DNA of 64,000 nucleotides from Escherichia coli (GCF_030013595.1 NZ_CP122768.1); one strand, 5' to 3'; numbered from the stretch's first letter, positions 10,428 through 22,862 are shown. A program made the numbers and translations. Notes: generated by a model from the letters alone, not told the origin.

Positions 10428-12250
10428 ACAGTCTGATTTCCCTGCGGGTTGATCGGTAAAATAAGGGTGAAGGTTGCGCCGTAGCCCGGCAAACTGGCGA
10501 CGCGAATATCACCCTGATGGGCATTAATGATGCGTTGACTTAACGCCAGACCAAGCCCGGTTCCTGAGGCTTTGGTGGTGAAAAAGGGATCGAAGATCTT
10601 TTTTTGCAGCGAGAGATCAATGCCACAGCCGTTGTCCTCTATCGAAATGGCCTGTTGTGAGTCGCTGTATTGCCAGGTTTGAATGCGAATTTTCCCTCGT
10701 GCGCTGATAGCCTGGACGGCATTGATCAGGATATTCAGTAGTACCTGTTTGAGCAGTTCACGATCGGCGTTAATCGGGTTTAATTCATTATCCAGTTCGC
10801 TTATGAAGTCGACCCGCGCTTGTACGCCGGCGGTTTGTACCAGTACCAGAGTTTCTTCAACCAATGCATTGAGACTGACTTGTTGCCATTGACTGTGGCG
10901 TGGACGTGAAAATTCGAGCAATTGCTGAATAACTTTGTTAATTGAATCGATTTCTTTGAGTACTACGGACAGATATTCCTGATGTATTAGGTCGCTGGTT
11001 TGTTGGCGCAAGATCTGTACATAACCACGAATAGCCGTTAGCGGATTACGTACTTCATGCGCGACGCCAGCCATCAGCTCACCCAGTGTAGCGAGGCGTT
11101 CTGCTTGCGCCATGCGGCGCTGGGTTTCTTTGCGGGCAGTTAAATCAGAGAAAATCACCAAAGCACCTATCATTTCACCATGCGTGTTATGAATACGACT
11201 GGTAGTGACACTGAGTTCAATGGTGCGGTCACGGCCTGGAAAACTGATCTCCAGCGCCACATGTTCGGTGCCATGTTCCAGCGTATCCAGTACGGGACTG
11301 TAGAACTGAGTATTGTCGAATAACATGGAGTAAGGCTGCCCTACCAGTTCATGACGTTGATAGCCAGTGATGACTTCTGCTGCCGGGTTCATGGTGGTTA
11401 CATCACCCTGGCGGTCAATGGCAATGACGCCATCGGCAGCGTTTTCAATAATCAGATCGTTAAGTGTCCGCGTTTCACGCAGTGCCTGGGCGAGGTTGTT
11501 AACACTCTGACTGATTTGCCCCATTTCACCGGGCAATTGTGGTAATCGAGTGGGAATATTTTGCGCCAGAGTCGAGAGGCCATCGGTGATGATATCAATA
11601 TTGGCGCTCAGGCGACGGGAGAAAAGGACAATCAACAGCAGGCTTATCAGCAAACCGGCGGTGAGCACAATGATAATCCTCACATCCATTTTCCAGGCCT
11701 GGCGGCGAATATCTTCGGTTAATTCATTGGCCCAGATATAGCCGAGGATTTCACCATTACGCTCAATGGGGATCATTGAATTCAAAATATCGCCGCGCAC
11801 CTGCCTGCCTGAATAAACCAAAGGGGTATTTGTACGCATGACTTCGCGACCAGGATGATCTGCGGCAATGGTAACGCCGACATTATTTTGATATAGCGCT
11901 GAAGGCGCGTAGGTGATTATCGCATCCAGCGTTTTGTTGTAATAACCAGCGCCGATGCCAGGGAAGGCGTGAGTGATATTTTCGGTAATGGGGGCAAGTT
12001 CTGCATTTAATGCGCGGATACGCTCCTCACGTGGTAAGTCGATGTAGAGATCATAGCGATCGCCTAGTGCCTGATTAAGCAGGTTGACCACGGCAGAAAG
12101 TTTTTTCTCTTTTTCAGATAAGACTGCTGAACGTCCTTCCGTTTCTACGATATAACCAATAGTAAGCGTTGGGACAATGACCATCAGGATTGCCATCAGG
12201 ATCATTTGATTGCGTAAGCGGCGTGGATAAATCCACTTCATATAATGCAT
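10424..12250 (-). CDS. atoS: sensor histidine kinase AtoS
   Basis: TM, HAMP, PAS and HisKA/HATPase domains; overlaps atoC start; ATG at 12250 gives 608 aa (an in-frame GTG at 12262 is an alternative start). Confidence 0.9.
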   Translation of the reverse strand: MHYMKWIYPRRLRNQMILMAILMVIVPTLTIGYIVETEGRSAVLSEKEKKLSAVVNLLNQALGDRYDLYIDLPREERIRALNAELAPITENITHAFPGIGAGYYNKTLDAIITYAPSALYQNNVGVTIAADHPGREVMRTNTPLVYSGRQVRGDILNSMIPIERNGEILGYIWANELTEDIRRQAWKMDVRIIIVLTAGLLISLLLIVLFSRRLSANIDIITDGLSTLAQNIPTRLPQLPGEMGQISQSVNNLAQALRETRTLNDLIIENAADGVIAIDRQGDVTTMNPAAEVITGYQRHELVGQPYSMLFDNTQFYSPVLDTLEHGTEHVALEISFPGRDRTIELSVTTSRIHNTHGEMIGALVIFSDLTARKETQRRMAQAERLATLGELMAGVAHEVRNPLTAIRGYVQILRQQTSDLIHQEYLSVVLKEIDSINKVIQQLLEFSRPRHSQWQQVSLNALVEETLVLVQTAGVQARVDFISELDNELNPINADRELLKQVLLNILINAVQAISARGKIRIQTWQYSDSQQAISIEDNGCGIDLSLQKKIFDPFFTTKASGTGLGLALSQRIINAHQGDIRVASLPGYGATFTLILPINPQGNQTV

Positions 12251-12416
12251 GCTGAAATCCACTAGTCTTGTCCGGTATATGACGATTATCAGAGGTTAAG
12301 GTGATGATTTCTCGGCGGTGTATCATATTCCAGAGAAGAGAGAACATTGCGGTAACACGCTTTTACCGCTACCTTAACCACACTCCATCGGTCACCTGAG
12401 GCGGAGCTTCGCCCCT

Positions 12417-15266
12417 TTGAAATACCTTGCTTCTTTTCGTACAACCCTGAAAGCCTCGCGCTACATGTTCAGAGCATTGGCGTTAGTGCTCTGGCTGTTG
12501 ATTGCTTTTTCATCCGTTTTTTACATCGTTAATGCGTTACATCAGCGAGAATCGGAAATTCGTCAGGAATTTAATCTGAGTTCCGATCAGGCTCAGCGCT
12601 TTATTCAACGTACCTCTGATGTGATGAAAGAGCTGAAGTACATCGCTGAAAATCGCTTATCGGCAGAAAACGGTGTGCTTTCCCCGCGTGGACGAGAAAC
12701 GCAGGCGGATGTGCCTGCGTTTGAACCGCTGTTTGCCGACTCCGATTGTTCCGCAATGAGTAACACCTGGCGAGGCTCTCTGGAGTCATTGGCGTGGTTT
12801 ATGCGCTACTGGCGCGATAATTTTTCTGCGGCTTACGATCTCAACCGGGTATTTTTAATCGGCAGCGATAACCTCTGCATGGCCAATTTCGGTCTGCGTG
12901 ATATGCCAGTGGAACGCGATACCGCGTTGAAAGCGTTGCATGAACGCATCAATAAATATCGAAATGCACCACAAGATGATAGCGGCAGTAACCTCTACTG
13001 GATCAGCGAAGGTCCGCGCCCTGGCGTCGGGTATTTTTACGCGTTGACGCCAGTTTATCTGGCGAACCGGTTGCAGGCGCTTTTGGGTGTCGAGCAGACC
13101 ATCCGGATGGAGAACTTTTTCTTACCTGGTACGTTGCCGATGGGGGTTACCATTCTTGATGAAAATGGTCATACCCTGATTTCGCTTACCGGACCAGAAA
13201 GCAAAATTAAGGGCGATCCTCGCTGGATGCAGGAACGCTCCTGGTTTGGCTATACGGAAGGGTTCCGGGAGCTGGTGCTGAAGAAAAATCTGCCACCCTC
13301 ATCGCTAAGCATCGTGTATTCGGTGCCGGTTGATAAGGTGCTGGAACGCATTCGCATGTTGATCCTTAACGCAATTTTGCTGAATGTGCTTGCCGGAGCT
13401 GCATTGTTTACTCTCGCGCGGATGTACGAGCGACGTATTTTCATTCCGGCGGAAAGCGACGCCCTGCGACTGGAAGAACATGAGCAGTTTAATCGCAAGA
13501 TTGTCGCCTCCGCGCCAGTGGGTATCTGCATTTTGCGTACCGCTGATGGCGTCAATATTTTAAGTAACGAACTGGCGCATACCTATCTCAATATGCTTAC
13601 GCATGAGGATCGCCAACGACTGACGCAAATTATCTGTGGGCAGCAGGTCAATTTTGTTGATGTCCTGACCAGCAACAATACCAATCTGCAAATCAGCTTC
13701 GTCCATTCGCGCTATCGTAATGAAAACGTGGCCATTTGTGTGCTGGTGGATGTTTCTTCGCGCGTGAAGATGGAAGAGTCGTTGCAGGAGATGGCACAAG
13801 CAGCGGAACAGGCGAGCCAGTCAAAATCGATGTTCCTTGCCACCGTCAGTCATGAGCTGCGAACGCCGCTGTATGGCATTATCGGTAACCTGGATCTGTT
13901 GCAAACCAAAGAGTTACCGAAAGGCGTCGATCGTCTGGTGACGGCAATGAACAACTCTTCCAGCCTGTTGTTGAAAATTATCAGCGATATTCTCGATTTC
14001 TCGAAAATTGAATCAGAACAGTTGAAGATCGAACTGCGTGAGTTTTCACCGCGTGAAGTGATGAACCATATCACCGCCAACTATTTACCGCTGGTGGTAC
14101 GCAAGCAGCTAGGCTTGTACTGCTTTATTGAACCGGATGTGCCAGTGGCCTTAAATGGCGACCCGATGCGTTTACAGCAGGTCATCTCCAACCTGTTGAG
14201 TAACGCCATAAAATTCACCGATACCGGCTGTATAGTTTTGCATGTTCGCGCTGATGGCGATTATCTCTCTATCCGCGTTCGCGATACCGGCGTGGGGATT
14301 CCGGCGAAAGAAGTGGTGCGCTTGTTTGATCCCTTCTTCCAGGTCGGAACGGGCGTACAGCGTAACTTCCAGGGGACCGGTCTGGGGCTGGCGATTTGTG
14401 AAAAACTGATCAGCATGATGGACGGCGACATCTCGGTAGATTCAGAACCGGGAATGGGCAGCCAGTTTACCGTGCGTATTCCGTTGTACGGCGCTCAGTA
14501 CCCGCAGAAAAAAGGCGTGGAAGGGTTGAGTGGTAAACGCTGCTGGCTGGCGGTCCGCAATGCGTCGCTCTGTCAGTTCCTGGAAACCAGTTTGCAGCGC
14601 AGCGGCATCGTCGTTACAACATACGAAGGGCAGGAACCGACTCCCGAAGATGTGTTAATCACTGACGAGGTAGTGAGTAAAAAATGGCAGGGCAGAGCGG
14701 TAGTGACCTTCTGTCGTCGCCATATTGGTATTCCGCTGGAGAAAGCGCCAGGGGAGTGGGTACACAGTGTGGCTGCCCCGCATGAGCTACCGGCATTGTT
14801 GGCGCGTATTTATTTGATCGAGATGGAGAGCGACGATCCTGCTAACGCTCTGCCGTTAACGGACAAAGCGGTCAGCGATAATGACGATATGATGATTCTG
14901 GTCGTGGATGATCATCCGATTAACCGACGTCTGCTGGCAGATCAGTTGGGATCGTTGGGTTATCAATGTAAAACCGCGAATGATGGCGTCGATGCGCTTA
15001 ATGTACTTAGCAAGAATCATATTGATATCGTGCTTAGCGACGTCAACATGCCAAATATGGATGGTTACCGCTTGACGCAACGCATTCGTCAGTTGGGACT
15101 GACGTTGCCGGTAATCGGAGTAACTGCTAATGCGTTGGCTGAAGAGAAGCAGCGGTGTCTGGAGTCCGGTATGGACAGCTGCCTGTCGAAGCCGGTAACG
15201 CTGGATGTGATAAAACAGACGCTAACGGTATATGCCGAGAGGGTCAGGAAATCGCGGGATTCGTAG
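12417..15266 (+). CDS. rcsC: hybrid sensor kinase RcsC
   Basis: 949 aa with H-box SHELRTPL, HATPase domain and C-terminal receiver domain. Confidence 0.93.
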   Translation: MKYLASFRTTLKASRYMFRALALVLWLLIAFSSVFYIVNALHQRESEIRQEFNLSSDQAQRFIQRTSDVMKELKYIAENRLSAENGVLSPRGRETQADVPAFEPLFADSDCSAMSNTWRGSLESLAWFMRYWRDNFSAAYDLNRVFLIGSDNLCMANFGLRDMPVERDTALKALHERINKYRNAPQDDSGSNLYWISEGPRPGVGYFYALTPVYLANRLQALLGVEQTIRMENFFLPGTLPMGVTILDENGHTLISLTGPESKIKGDPRWMQERSWFGYTEGFRELVLKKNLPPSSLSIVYSVPVDKVLERIRMLILNAILLNVLAGAALFTLARMYERRIFIPAESDALRLEEHEQFNRKIVASAPVGICILRTADGVNILSNELAHTYLNMLTHEDRQRLTQIICGQQVNFVDVLTSNNTNLQISFVHSRYRNENVAICVLVDVSSRVKMEESLQEMAQAAEQASQSKSMFLATVSHELRTPLYGIIGNLDLLQTKELPKGVDRLVTAMNNSSSLLLKIISDILDFSKIESEQLKIELREFSPREVMNHITANYLPLVVRKQLGLYCFIEPDVPVALNGDPMRLQQVISNLLSNAIKFTDTGCIVLHVRADGDYLSIRVRDTGVGIPAKEVVRLFDPFFQVGTGVQRNFQGTGLGLAICEKLISMMDGDISVDSEPGMGSQFTVRIPLYGAQYPQKKGVEGLSGKRCWLAVRNASLCQFLETSLQRSGIVVTTYEGQEPTPEDVLITDEVVSKKWQGRAVVTFCRRHIGIPLEKAPGEWVHSVAAPHELPALLARIYLIEMESDDPANALPLTDKAVSDNDDMMILVVDDHPINRRLLADQLGSLGYQCKTANDGVDALNVLSKNHIDIVLSDVNMPNMDGYRLTQRIRQLGLTLPVIGVTANALAEEKQRCLESGMDSCLSKPVTLDVIKQTLTVYAERVRKSRDS

Positions 15267-15269
15267 GAC

Positions 15270-15345
15270 GGATAAGGCGTTTACGCCGCATCTGGCATTC
15301 AGTGCAAATGCCAGATGCGACGCTGACGCGTCTTATCTGGCCTAC
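15270..15345. repeat. REP/BIME-like palindromic unit between rcsC and rcsB
   Basis: gccagatgcgacgctgacgcgtcttatctggcctac type sequence with inverted copy. Confidence 0.6.
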
Positions 15346-15351
15346 AGATGA

Positions 15352-16002
15352 TTAGTCTTTATCTGCCGGACTTAAGGTCACAGAAGAGAGATAATTCAGC
15401 AGGGCGATATCGTTCTCGACACCCAGCTTCATCATCGCAGATTTCTTCTGGCTACTGATGGTTTTAATACTGCGGTTCAGCTTTTTAGCGATCTCGGTCA
15501 CCAGGAAGCCTTCCGCAAACAGGCGCAGAACTTCACTCTCTTTTGGCGAGAGACGCTTGTCACCGTAACCACCAGCACTGATTTTTTCCAACAGGCGAGA
15601 AACGCTTTCCGGGGTAAATTTCTTCCCTTTCTGCAGCGCGGCGAGAGCTTTCGGCAGATCGGTCGGTGCACCTTGTTTCAGCACGATCCCTTCGATATCC
15701 AGATCCAATACCGCACTAAGAATCGCCGGGTTGTTGTTCATGGTCAGAACGATGATCGACAGGCTTGGGAAATGGCGCTTGATGTACTTGATTAAGGTAA
15801 TGCCATCGCCGTACTTATCGCCAGGCATGGAGAGATCGGTAATCAACACATGCGCATCCAGTTTCGGCAGGTTGTTGATCAGTGCTGTAGAGTCTTCAAA
15901 TTCGCCGACAACATTCACCCACTCAATTTGCTCAAGTGATTTGCGAATACCGAACAAGACTATCGGATGGTCATCGGCAATAATTACGTTCATATTGTTC
16001 AT
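15352..16002 (-). CDS. rcsB: response regulator RcsB
   Basis: 216 aa receiver plus LuxR-type HTH; start set at MNNMNVII (ORF track start at 16047 is an in-frame upstream extension). Confidence 0.93.
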   Translation of the reverse strand: MNNMNVIIADDHPIVLFGIRKSLEQIEWVNVVGEFEDSTALINNLPKLDAHVLITDLSMPGDKYGDGITLIKYIKRHFPSLSIIVLTMNNNPAILSAVLDLDIEGIVLKQGAPTDLPKALAALQKGKKFTPESVSRLLEKISAGGYGDKRLSPKESEVLRLFAEGFLVTEIAKKLNRSIKTISSQKKSAMMKLGVENDIALLNYLSSVTLSPADKD

Positions 16003-16018
16003 GTAATAGGCTACCTTG

Positions 16019-18691
16019 CTACAGCAAGCTCTTGACATAACTGTCAATGTCGCTGATGTATTTTTCTATTCCTGGAACATCCTTTTCACGAATCAGATGT
16101 TCCAGCGTTTCACATAACTGCTTGCCGGGTACCAGATTTAGCATGGCAAACACGCCTTTAAGACGATGAGCCGTTTGGGCTAACGCAGCAAAGTCACTGG
16201 TTGCTGCTTCAGTATACAGCCTCTTAACATCATCCGGTACTGTGTCTACAAAGAGCGCATAATAGCCGCTGGCATGGAGTTGCGCATTTTCATCTCCGCC
16301 CAGAGGCGATTCTGTCACCTCTTCCTGCGCCAGTTGCACTTCAATTAATTGTAAGACCGCTTCCTGCATAGCGTTGCTCATATTGAAGTTGACGCACAAT
16401 TGACCAGGCCCAATTTCCCGTACGCCAGACTCATCATCGCTTAAAAGCAAGCCAGAGGCAGTAAGATTAGACGGATTATCCGTTAAAAAGATATCATAAT
16501 CTTGACTAATTAATCTTTCATCGGGTGTGATACAGGTTGCACCCCAATTTTCTAACTGGCGAGTGACAATATTCCGAATTTCTGCCGAAGTAACATCCAC
16601 CATTACGCAGACATCATCCAGTAATCGCTCTTCTTCCTCTTCAACTTCCGGGTCAGCTGCGAGCATTTTGATATGCACAGAGTAGCGTGTACCAAGCCCA
16701 TCCCGCGTTTTGATGTTTAAATGACCGCCCAGTTTACGCGCCAGTTGATCGCTCAGCCAGAATGCCAGCGGGTCCGCCTTGCCATAGCGATCGTTTTGGG
16801 TCTGGTTGATAAACGGGAAGTGCAAATTATCCATTTCATGAATGCTTACGCCTTCTCCGGTGTCCAGAATGCGGAACGTCAGGCGGTCTTCGGAGGACTC
16901 ATCCTGATCAACCTCAAGGGTGATTTTTCCCAATTGCGTTGAGGTCACGGCATATTGCATCAGTAGCAGCAAAATACGTCGTAAGGCATCGCGATCGCCG
17001 CGGCGCATATCGTGTGCTTTCAGATGATTGTTAATCAGCAGTTGCAGACCTTTACGCTTGATGGCAGGCAACACTGAAGGCACAACTTCATCAATCAAAT
17101 CCTGCACGGAGAACAGCACCGTCTCACTTTTCCAGCTATCGTCCGCAAGCATGTTCGCTAACTGTATTTCATCGACCAGCCGCACCAGCACATCAGCCTG
17201 ATTCGCCAGTTGTTTGCTTTCCGGGGCGTTGAGTTTAGCCGCGCTCTCCGCCAGGGACTGTGCGGGTTCTTTCAGCGCATCGCCAATGTTTTTCATAAAG
17301 GTCATCCGCCCCTGCTGGTTTTTCTCATACAGACGCTGCGCCTGCTTGAGTTTCTTGTTTACCAGCACTTCGCGATCCTGATCGCGAATAATGAAAATTT
17401 GTGTGCGCGGCGCGACCTGGCTGCGGAACATGCGGATCTCATACAGCTCGTTATTGATCGTCGCCTGAATAATCCCCTGATGCTGTTCCGCCATGGTGGT
17501 GATGTTTTGCAGATTCAAATGCGGCAGCAAATGATCGGCAATTTTGTTACTTATGACAGTGCGGTTCGATTCCTGATCGTGAACCAGCAGGCCGAGCGGC
17601 AGCAGTGAGACTATCTCTTCATTGATTGCCCGTAAAATGCGCAATTCGTTATTGACCGCCGTGTTGGGTAGACTTTCTGTACTGCGACTGGAGAAATGGC
17701 GGAATGTGGTATAGCCAAATAACGCCAGCGCCAGCAAACCGATGTTCAGCAGCAGTGGCAGCAGAATGTTTTGCAACGTATCTAGCAATAAGGTGCCATA
17801 AGGAACCTGCCAGACCAGGCGCATATCGGTAGAGTTGAGTGCCGAGGAGATTTCAATCTTCGTACTGTTAAAGTGGATACTGACGCTATCCGTCCCTTCT
17901 TTCTCATTATCATTGTTTCCCGTTGCCGTCGCGTCTGGCTCAAGGCGGAAACTGTCCAGCGGCATACCCGGTGGGATCAAATCATTAATCGGCAGATCAA
18001 AAGCCACGACCGTTGCCAGATGTCCTGGCTGGTTAAAGGTAGTACGCAAGGTAAAGTAATGACCGTTCTGCCAGGCCAGGCGGCGCATGTTAGAAAAGCT
18101 TTCGCGTTCATCGAGGGCGTTGGCCTGTTGCAACATCTCTGCACGACGTGAATCAACAATGTCGCTGACGGTCGATTCTTTAAATCCGGAGGTGAGATCT
18201 TTGAGGGGCAGGGTTGAGATCAGCACCAGACTGTTATCCTGACCATTCAGGTAATACATCGACCATGGTACATTTTCTGCGCCCCACAACGTGTCAAGAT
18301 AAGTGGACATCCGTTGAGTCATCTCAAGCGTTGAGTTGTCGTGAGAGCCAAAGATTAACGCTTCCGTTTTGCGACGAGGTTTTTCCAGATAGTAGACATC
18401 CTGTTTCAGGCGCGTCTCTTGTAAACCTTCGCCGGAGGAGGGGGAGGTCGTCGCGGCAATGTTGTCGTAGATCTGCCAGGTCACGTAACGCCAGGTATCG
18501 ACGCGCTTTTGGATAGCGTGGGTAATGTCGACAATCTGGTAACTTTTATCTTTCAGCCAGGCGTTAACGGCGCTTTGTACCATTACCCCCATCGTCACCA
18601 GTAACACAATGATCAACAGTAAAAAGAAGCGGGTAATGCTCCCCGGTAGGAGTGAAAAGCGGGTCGTGGCCGTTGTCTCTTTCTGACGCAT
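16019..18691 (-). CDS. rcsD: phosphotransfer intermediate protein RcsD
   Basis: 890 aa membrane protein with degenerate kinase domain and C-terminal HPt-like domain, upstream of rcsB. Confidence 0.92.
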   Translation of the reverse strand: MRQKETTATTRFSLLPGSITRFFLLLIIVLLVTMGVMVQSAVNAWLKDKSYQIVDITHAIQKRVDTWRYVTWQIYDNIAATTSPSSGEGLQETRLKQDVYYLEKPRRKTEALIFGSHDNSTLEMTQRMSTYLDTLWGAENVPWSMYYLNGQDNSLVLISTLPLKDLTSGFKESTVSDIVDSRRAEMLQQANALDERESFSNMRRLAWQNGHYFTLRTTFNQPGHLATVVAFDLPINDLIPPGMPLDSFRLEPDATATGNNDNEKEGTDSVSIHFNSTKIEISSALNSTDMRLVWQVPYGTLLLDTLQNILLPLLLNIGLLALALFGYTTFRHFSSRSTESLPNTAVNNELRILRAINEEIVSLLPLGLLVHDQESNRTVISNKIADHLLPHLNLQNITTMAEQHQGIIQATINNELYEIRMFRSQVAPRTQIFIIRDQDREVLVNKKLKQAQRLYEKNQQGRMTFMKNIGDALKEPAQSLAESAAKLNAPESKQLANQADVLVRLVDEIQLANMLADDSWKSETVLFSVQDLIDEVVPSVLPAIKRKGLQLLINNHLKAHDMRRGDRDALRRILLLLMQYAVTSTQLGKITLEVDQDESSEDRLTFRILDTGEGVSIHEMDNLHFPFINQTQNDRYGKADPLAFWLSDQLARKLGGHLNIKTRDGLGTRYSVHIKMLAADPEVEEEEERLLDDVCVMVDVTSAEIRNIVTRQLENWGATCITPDERLISQDYDIFLTDNPSNLTASGLLLSDDESGVREIGPGQLCVNFNMSNAMQEAVLQLIEVQLAQEEVTESPLGGDENAQLHASGYYALFVDTVPDDVKRLYTEAATSDFAALAQTAHRLKGVFAMLNLVPGKQLCETLEHLIREKDVPGIEKYISDIDSYVKSLL

Positions 18692-19002
18692 TCGTGTTTA
18701 TGACCTGTTAAAACTTCGCGAAGTGATAGGGCAGTATAAAGGGTACAGTGTGAAATTCCAGACTCTTACCTGATTGATGATTCTCTATTCTCCCGTGATA
18801 TTTATCATCCTGCATTGGGGAAAATAGATGTACAAGCGCCATTTTGCTGTACAAATAACCTACAAAAAGCCCAACGAAATTAATTGCAAATAAACGAAGA
18901 TTGCTGGAAATTATGCTGATGTTAATTGTTTGTGAAATAGTTAACAAGCGTTATAGTTTTTCTGTGGTAGCACAGAATAATGAAAAGTGTGTAAAGAAGG
19001 GT

Positions 19003-19095
19003 AAAAAAAACCGGATGCGAAGCATCCGGTTGAAATAGGGGTAAACAGACATTCAGAAATGAATGACGGTAATAAATAAAGTTAATGATGATAGC
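19003..19095 (-). ncRNA. micF: MicF antisense small RNA
   Basis: minus-strand sequence GCTATCATCATTAACTTTATTTATTACCGTCATTCATTTCTGAATGTCTG... ending in hairpin plus U-run, divergent from ompC. Confidence 0.88.
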
Positions 19096-19250
19096 GGGAG
19101 TTATTCTAGTTGCGAGTGAAGGTTTTGTTTTGACATTCAGTGCTGTCAAATACTTAAGAATAAGTTATTGATTTTAACCTTGAATTATTATTGCTTGATG
19201 TTAGGTGCTTATTTCGCCATTCCGCAACAATCTTAAAAAGTTCCCTTCTA

Positions 19251-19315
19251 TTTACATTTTGAAACATCTATAGCGATAAATGAAACATCTTAAAAGTTTT
19301 AGTATCATATTCGTG
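19251..19315 (+). promoter_or_regulatory. OmpR binding region (C1-C3 type sites) of ompC promoter
   Basis: tandem TTTACATTTTGAAACATCTA / ...TGAAACATCTTAAAAG repeats about 115-180 bp upstream of ompC ATG. Confidence 0.7.
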
Positions 19316-19414
19316 TTGGATTATTCTGCATTTTTGGGGAGAATGGACTTGCCGACTGATTAATGAGGGTTAATCAGTATGCAGTGGCATAAAAAAGCAA
19401 ATAAAGGCATATAA

Positions 19415-20557
<1,143 letters not shown>

Positions 20558-20574
20558 TCTCGATGGATATCGAA

Positions 20575-20598
20575 CAAAGGGCCTGCGGGCCCTTTTTT
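20575..20598 (+). terminator. ompC rho-independent terminator
   Basis: aaagggcctgcgggccctttttt hairpin plus T-run just after ompC stop. Confidence 0.8.
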
Positions 20599-20668
20599 CA
20601 TTGTTTTCAGCGTACAAACACAGTTTTTTGGTGTACTCTTGCGACCGTTCGCATGAGGATAATCACGT

Positions 20669-21724
20669 ATGGAAATAAGCTTTACCCGCGTGGCACTGCT
20701 GGCTGCCGCGCTCTTCTTTGTTGGTTGCGATCAAAAACCACAACCCGCCAAAACCCACGCTACTGAAGTTACCGTCCTTGAAGGCAAAACTATGGGTACC
20801 TTCTGGCGTGCCAGCATTCCGGGCATTGACGCCAAACGCAGTGCCGAACTTAAAGAAAAGATTCAAACCCAGCTGGACGCCGACGATCAGCTGCTTTCGA
20901 CCTATAAAAAAGATTCCGCGCTGATGCGATTTAACGACTCGCAAAGTTTATCGCCGTGGCCGGTAAGTGAAGCGATGGCCGATATCGTCACTACCTCGCT
21001 ACGCATTGGCGCGAAGACCGATGGCGCGATGGATATAACCGTCGGGCCGCTGGTGAATCTGTGGGGTTTCGGTCCGGAACAACAGCCGGTTCAAATTCCG
21101 AGCCAGGAACAGATCGATGCGATGAAAGCCAAAACCGGCTTACAGCACCTGACGGTGATTAATCAGTCCCACCAGCAATATCTGCAAAAAGACCTGCCGG
21201 ATTTATATGTCGATCTCTCTACCGTCGGTGAAGGTTATGCGGCGGATCACCTGGCACGCTTGATGGAGCAGGAAGGGATTTCCCGCTATCTGGTGTCGGT
21301 GGGCGGCGCGCTGAACAGCCGTGGTATGAACGGTGCAGGCCAGCCGTGGCGGGTAGCGATTCAAAAACCAACCGCTCAGGAAAATGCGGTTCAGGCGGTG
21401 GTGGATATCAACGGTCATGGCATTAGCACCTCTGGCAGCTACCGTAACTATTACGAACTGGACGGCAAACGTCTTTCCCATGTTATCGATCCGCAAACCG
21501 GGCGTCCCATCGAACACAATCTGGTATCCGTGACGGTGATTGCTCCGACGGCGCTGGAAGCCGATGCCTGGGATACTGGCTTGATGGTACTCGGGCCGGA
21601 GAAAGCCAAAGAGGTTGTTCGCCGGGAAGGGCTGGCGGTTTATATGATCACCAAAGAAGACGATAGCTTTAAAACCTGGATGTCACCACAGTTTAAAAGC
21701 TTCCTTGTCAGCGAAAAAAATTAA
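20669..21724 (+). CDS. apbE: FAD:protein FMN transferase (lipoprotein ApbE)
   Basis: 351 aa with lipobox (FFVGC). Confidence 0.9.
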   Translation: MEISFTRVALLAAALFFVGCDQKPQPAKTHATEVTVLEGKTMGTFWRASIPGIDAKRSAELKEKIQTQLDADDQLLSTYKKDSALMRFNDSQSLSPWPVSEAMADIVTTSLRIGAKTDGAMDITVGPLVNLWGFGPEQQPVQIPSQEQIDAMKAKTGLQHLTVINQSHQQYLQKDLPDLYVDLSTVGEGYAADHLARLMEQEGISRYLVSVGGALNSRGMNGAGQPWRVAIQKPTAQENAVQAVVDINGHGISTSGSYRNYYELDGKRLSHVIDPQTGRPIEHNLVSVTVIAPTALEADAWDTGLMVLGPEKAKEVVRREGLAVYMITKEDDSFKTWMSPQFKSFLVSEKN

Positions 21725-21730
21725 AGCGCA
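21715..21730 (+). promoter_or_regulatory. Ada box upstream of ada
   Basis: AAAAAATTAAAGCGCA upstream of ada start, matching the AAAGCGCA Ada-binding motif. Confidence 0.6.
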
Positions 21731-21797
21731 AGATTGTTGGTTTTTGCGTGATGGTGACCGGGCAGACTAAAGGCTATCCTTAACCAAGGAGCTGATT

Positions 21798-22862
21798 ATG
21801 AAAAACGCCACATGCTTAACTGACGATCAACGCTGGCAATCTGTCTTAGCCCGCGACCCGAATGCCGACGGCGAATTCGTTTTCGCCGTGCGCACCACGG
21901 GTATCTTTTGCCGTCCGTCTTGCCGCGCCAGACATGCCTTGCGGGAAAATGTCTCCTTCTACGCAAATGCCAGCGAGGCACTCGCCGCCGGATTTCGCCC
22001 CTGCAAACGTTGTCAGCCAGACAAAGCCAATCCCCGGCAACATCGCCTTGATAAAATTACCCACGCCTGCCGACTGCTGGAACAGGAAACGCCTGTAACG
22101 CTGGAGGCCTTAGCCGATCAGGTGGCGATGAGTCCGTTCCATCTGCATCGATTGTTTAAAGCCACCACCGGGATGACACCGAAAGCCTGGCAACAGGCCT
22201 GGCGCGCTCGCCGTTTGCGCGAGTCGTTAGCGAAAGGGGAGAGCGTGACTACATCTATTCTTAACGCCGGATTCCCCGACAGCAGCAGTTACTACCGCAA
22301 AGCCGACGAAACGCTGGGCATGACGGCTAAACAATTCCGTCACGGTGGCGAAAATCTGGCGGTGCGTTACGCGCTGGCTGATTGTGAGCTGGGCCGTTGC
22401 CTGGTGGCAGAAAGCGAGCGGGGGATTTGCGCGATATTGCTGGGCGATGATGACGCGACACTAATCAGCGAGTTGCAGCAGATGTTTCCCGCTGCCGACA
22501 AAGCGCCTGCCGATCTGACGTTTCAGCAACATGTGCGTGAAGTGATCGCCAGCCTCAATCAACGCGATACGCCGCTGACGTTACCGCTGGATATTCGCGG
22601 CACTGCTTTTCAGCAACAAGTCTGGCAGGCACTGCGCACGATACCTTGTGGTGAAACCGTCAGTTATCAGCAACTGGCGAACGCCATCGGCAAACCGAAA
22701 GCGGTACGTGCCGTTGCCAGCGCCTGTGCCGCCAACAAGCTGGCTATCATAATACCCTGTCATCGGGTGGTCCGTGGTGATGGCACACTTTCCGGTTACC
22801 GCTGGGGCGTGTCGCGCAAAGCGCAACTGCTGCGCCGCGAAGTTGAAAATGAGGAGAGGTAA
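21798..22862 (+). CDS. ada: bifunctional transcriptional activator / O6-methylguanine-DNA methyltransferase Ada
   Basis: 354 aa with N-terminal Cys cluster, AraC-type HTH and C-terminal PCHRV active site. Confidence 0.95.
   Translation: MKNATCLTDDQRWQSVLARDPNADGEFVFAVRTTGIFCRPSCRARHALRENVSFYANASEALAAGFRPCKRCQPDKANPRQHRLDKITHACRLLEQETPVTLEALADQVAMSPFHLHRLFKATTGMTPKAWQQAWRARRLRESLAKGESVTTSILNAGFPDSSSYYRKADETLGMTAKQFRHGGENLAVRYALADCELGRCLVAESERGICAILLGDDDATLISELQQMFPAADKAPADLTFQQHVREVIASLNQRDTPLTLPLDIRGTAFQQQVWQALRTIPCGETVSYQQLANAIGKPKAVRAVASACAANKLAIIIPCHRVVRGDGTLSGYRWGVSRKAQLLRREVENEER

Noticed and set aside
15352-16047. 231 aa extended form of rcsB
   Set aside because: An in-frame upstream extension; the conserved RcsB N-terminus begins at MNNMNVII (start 16002), which leaves a normal spacer after rcsD.
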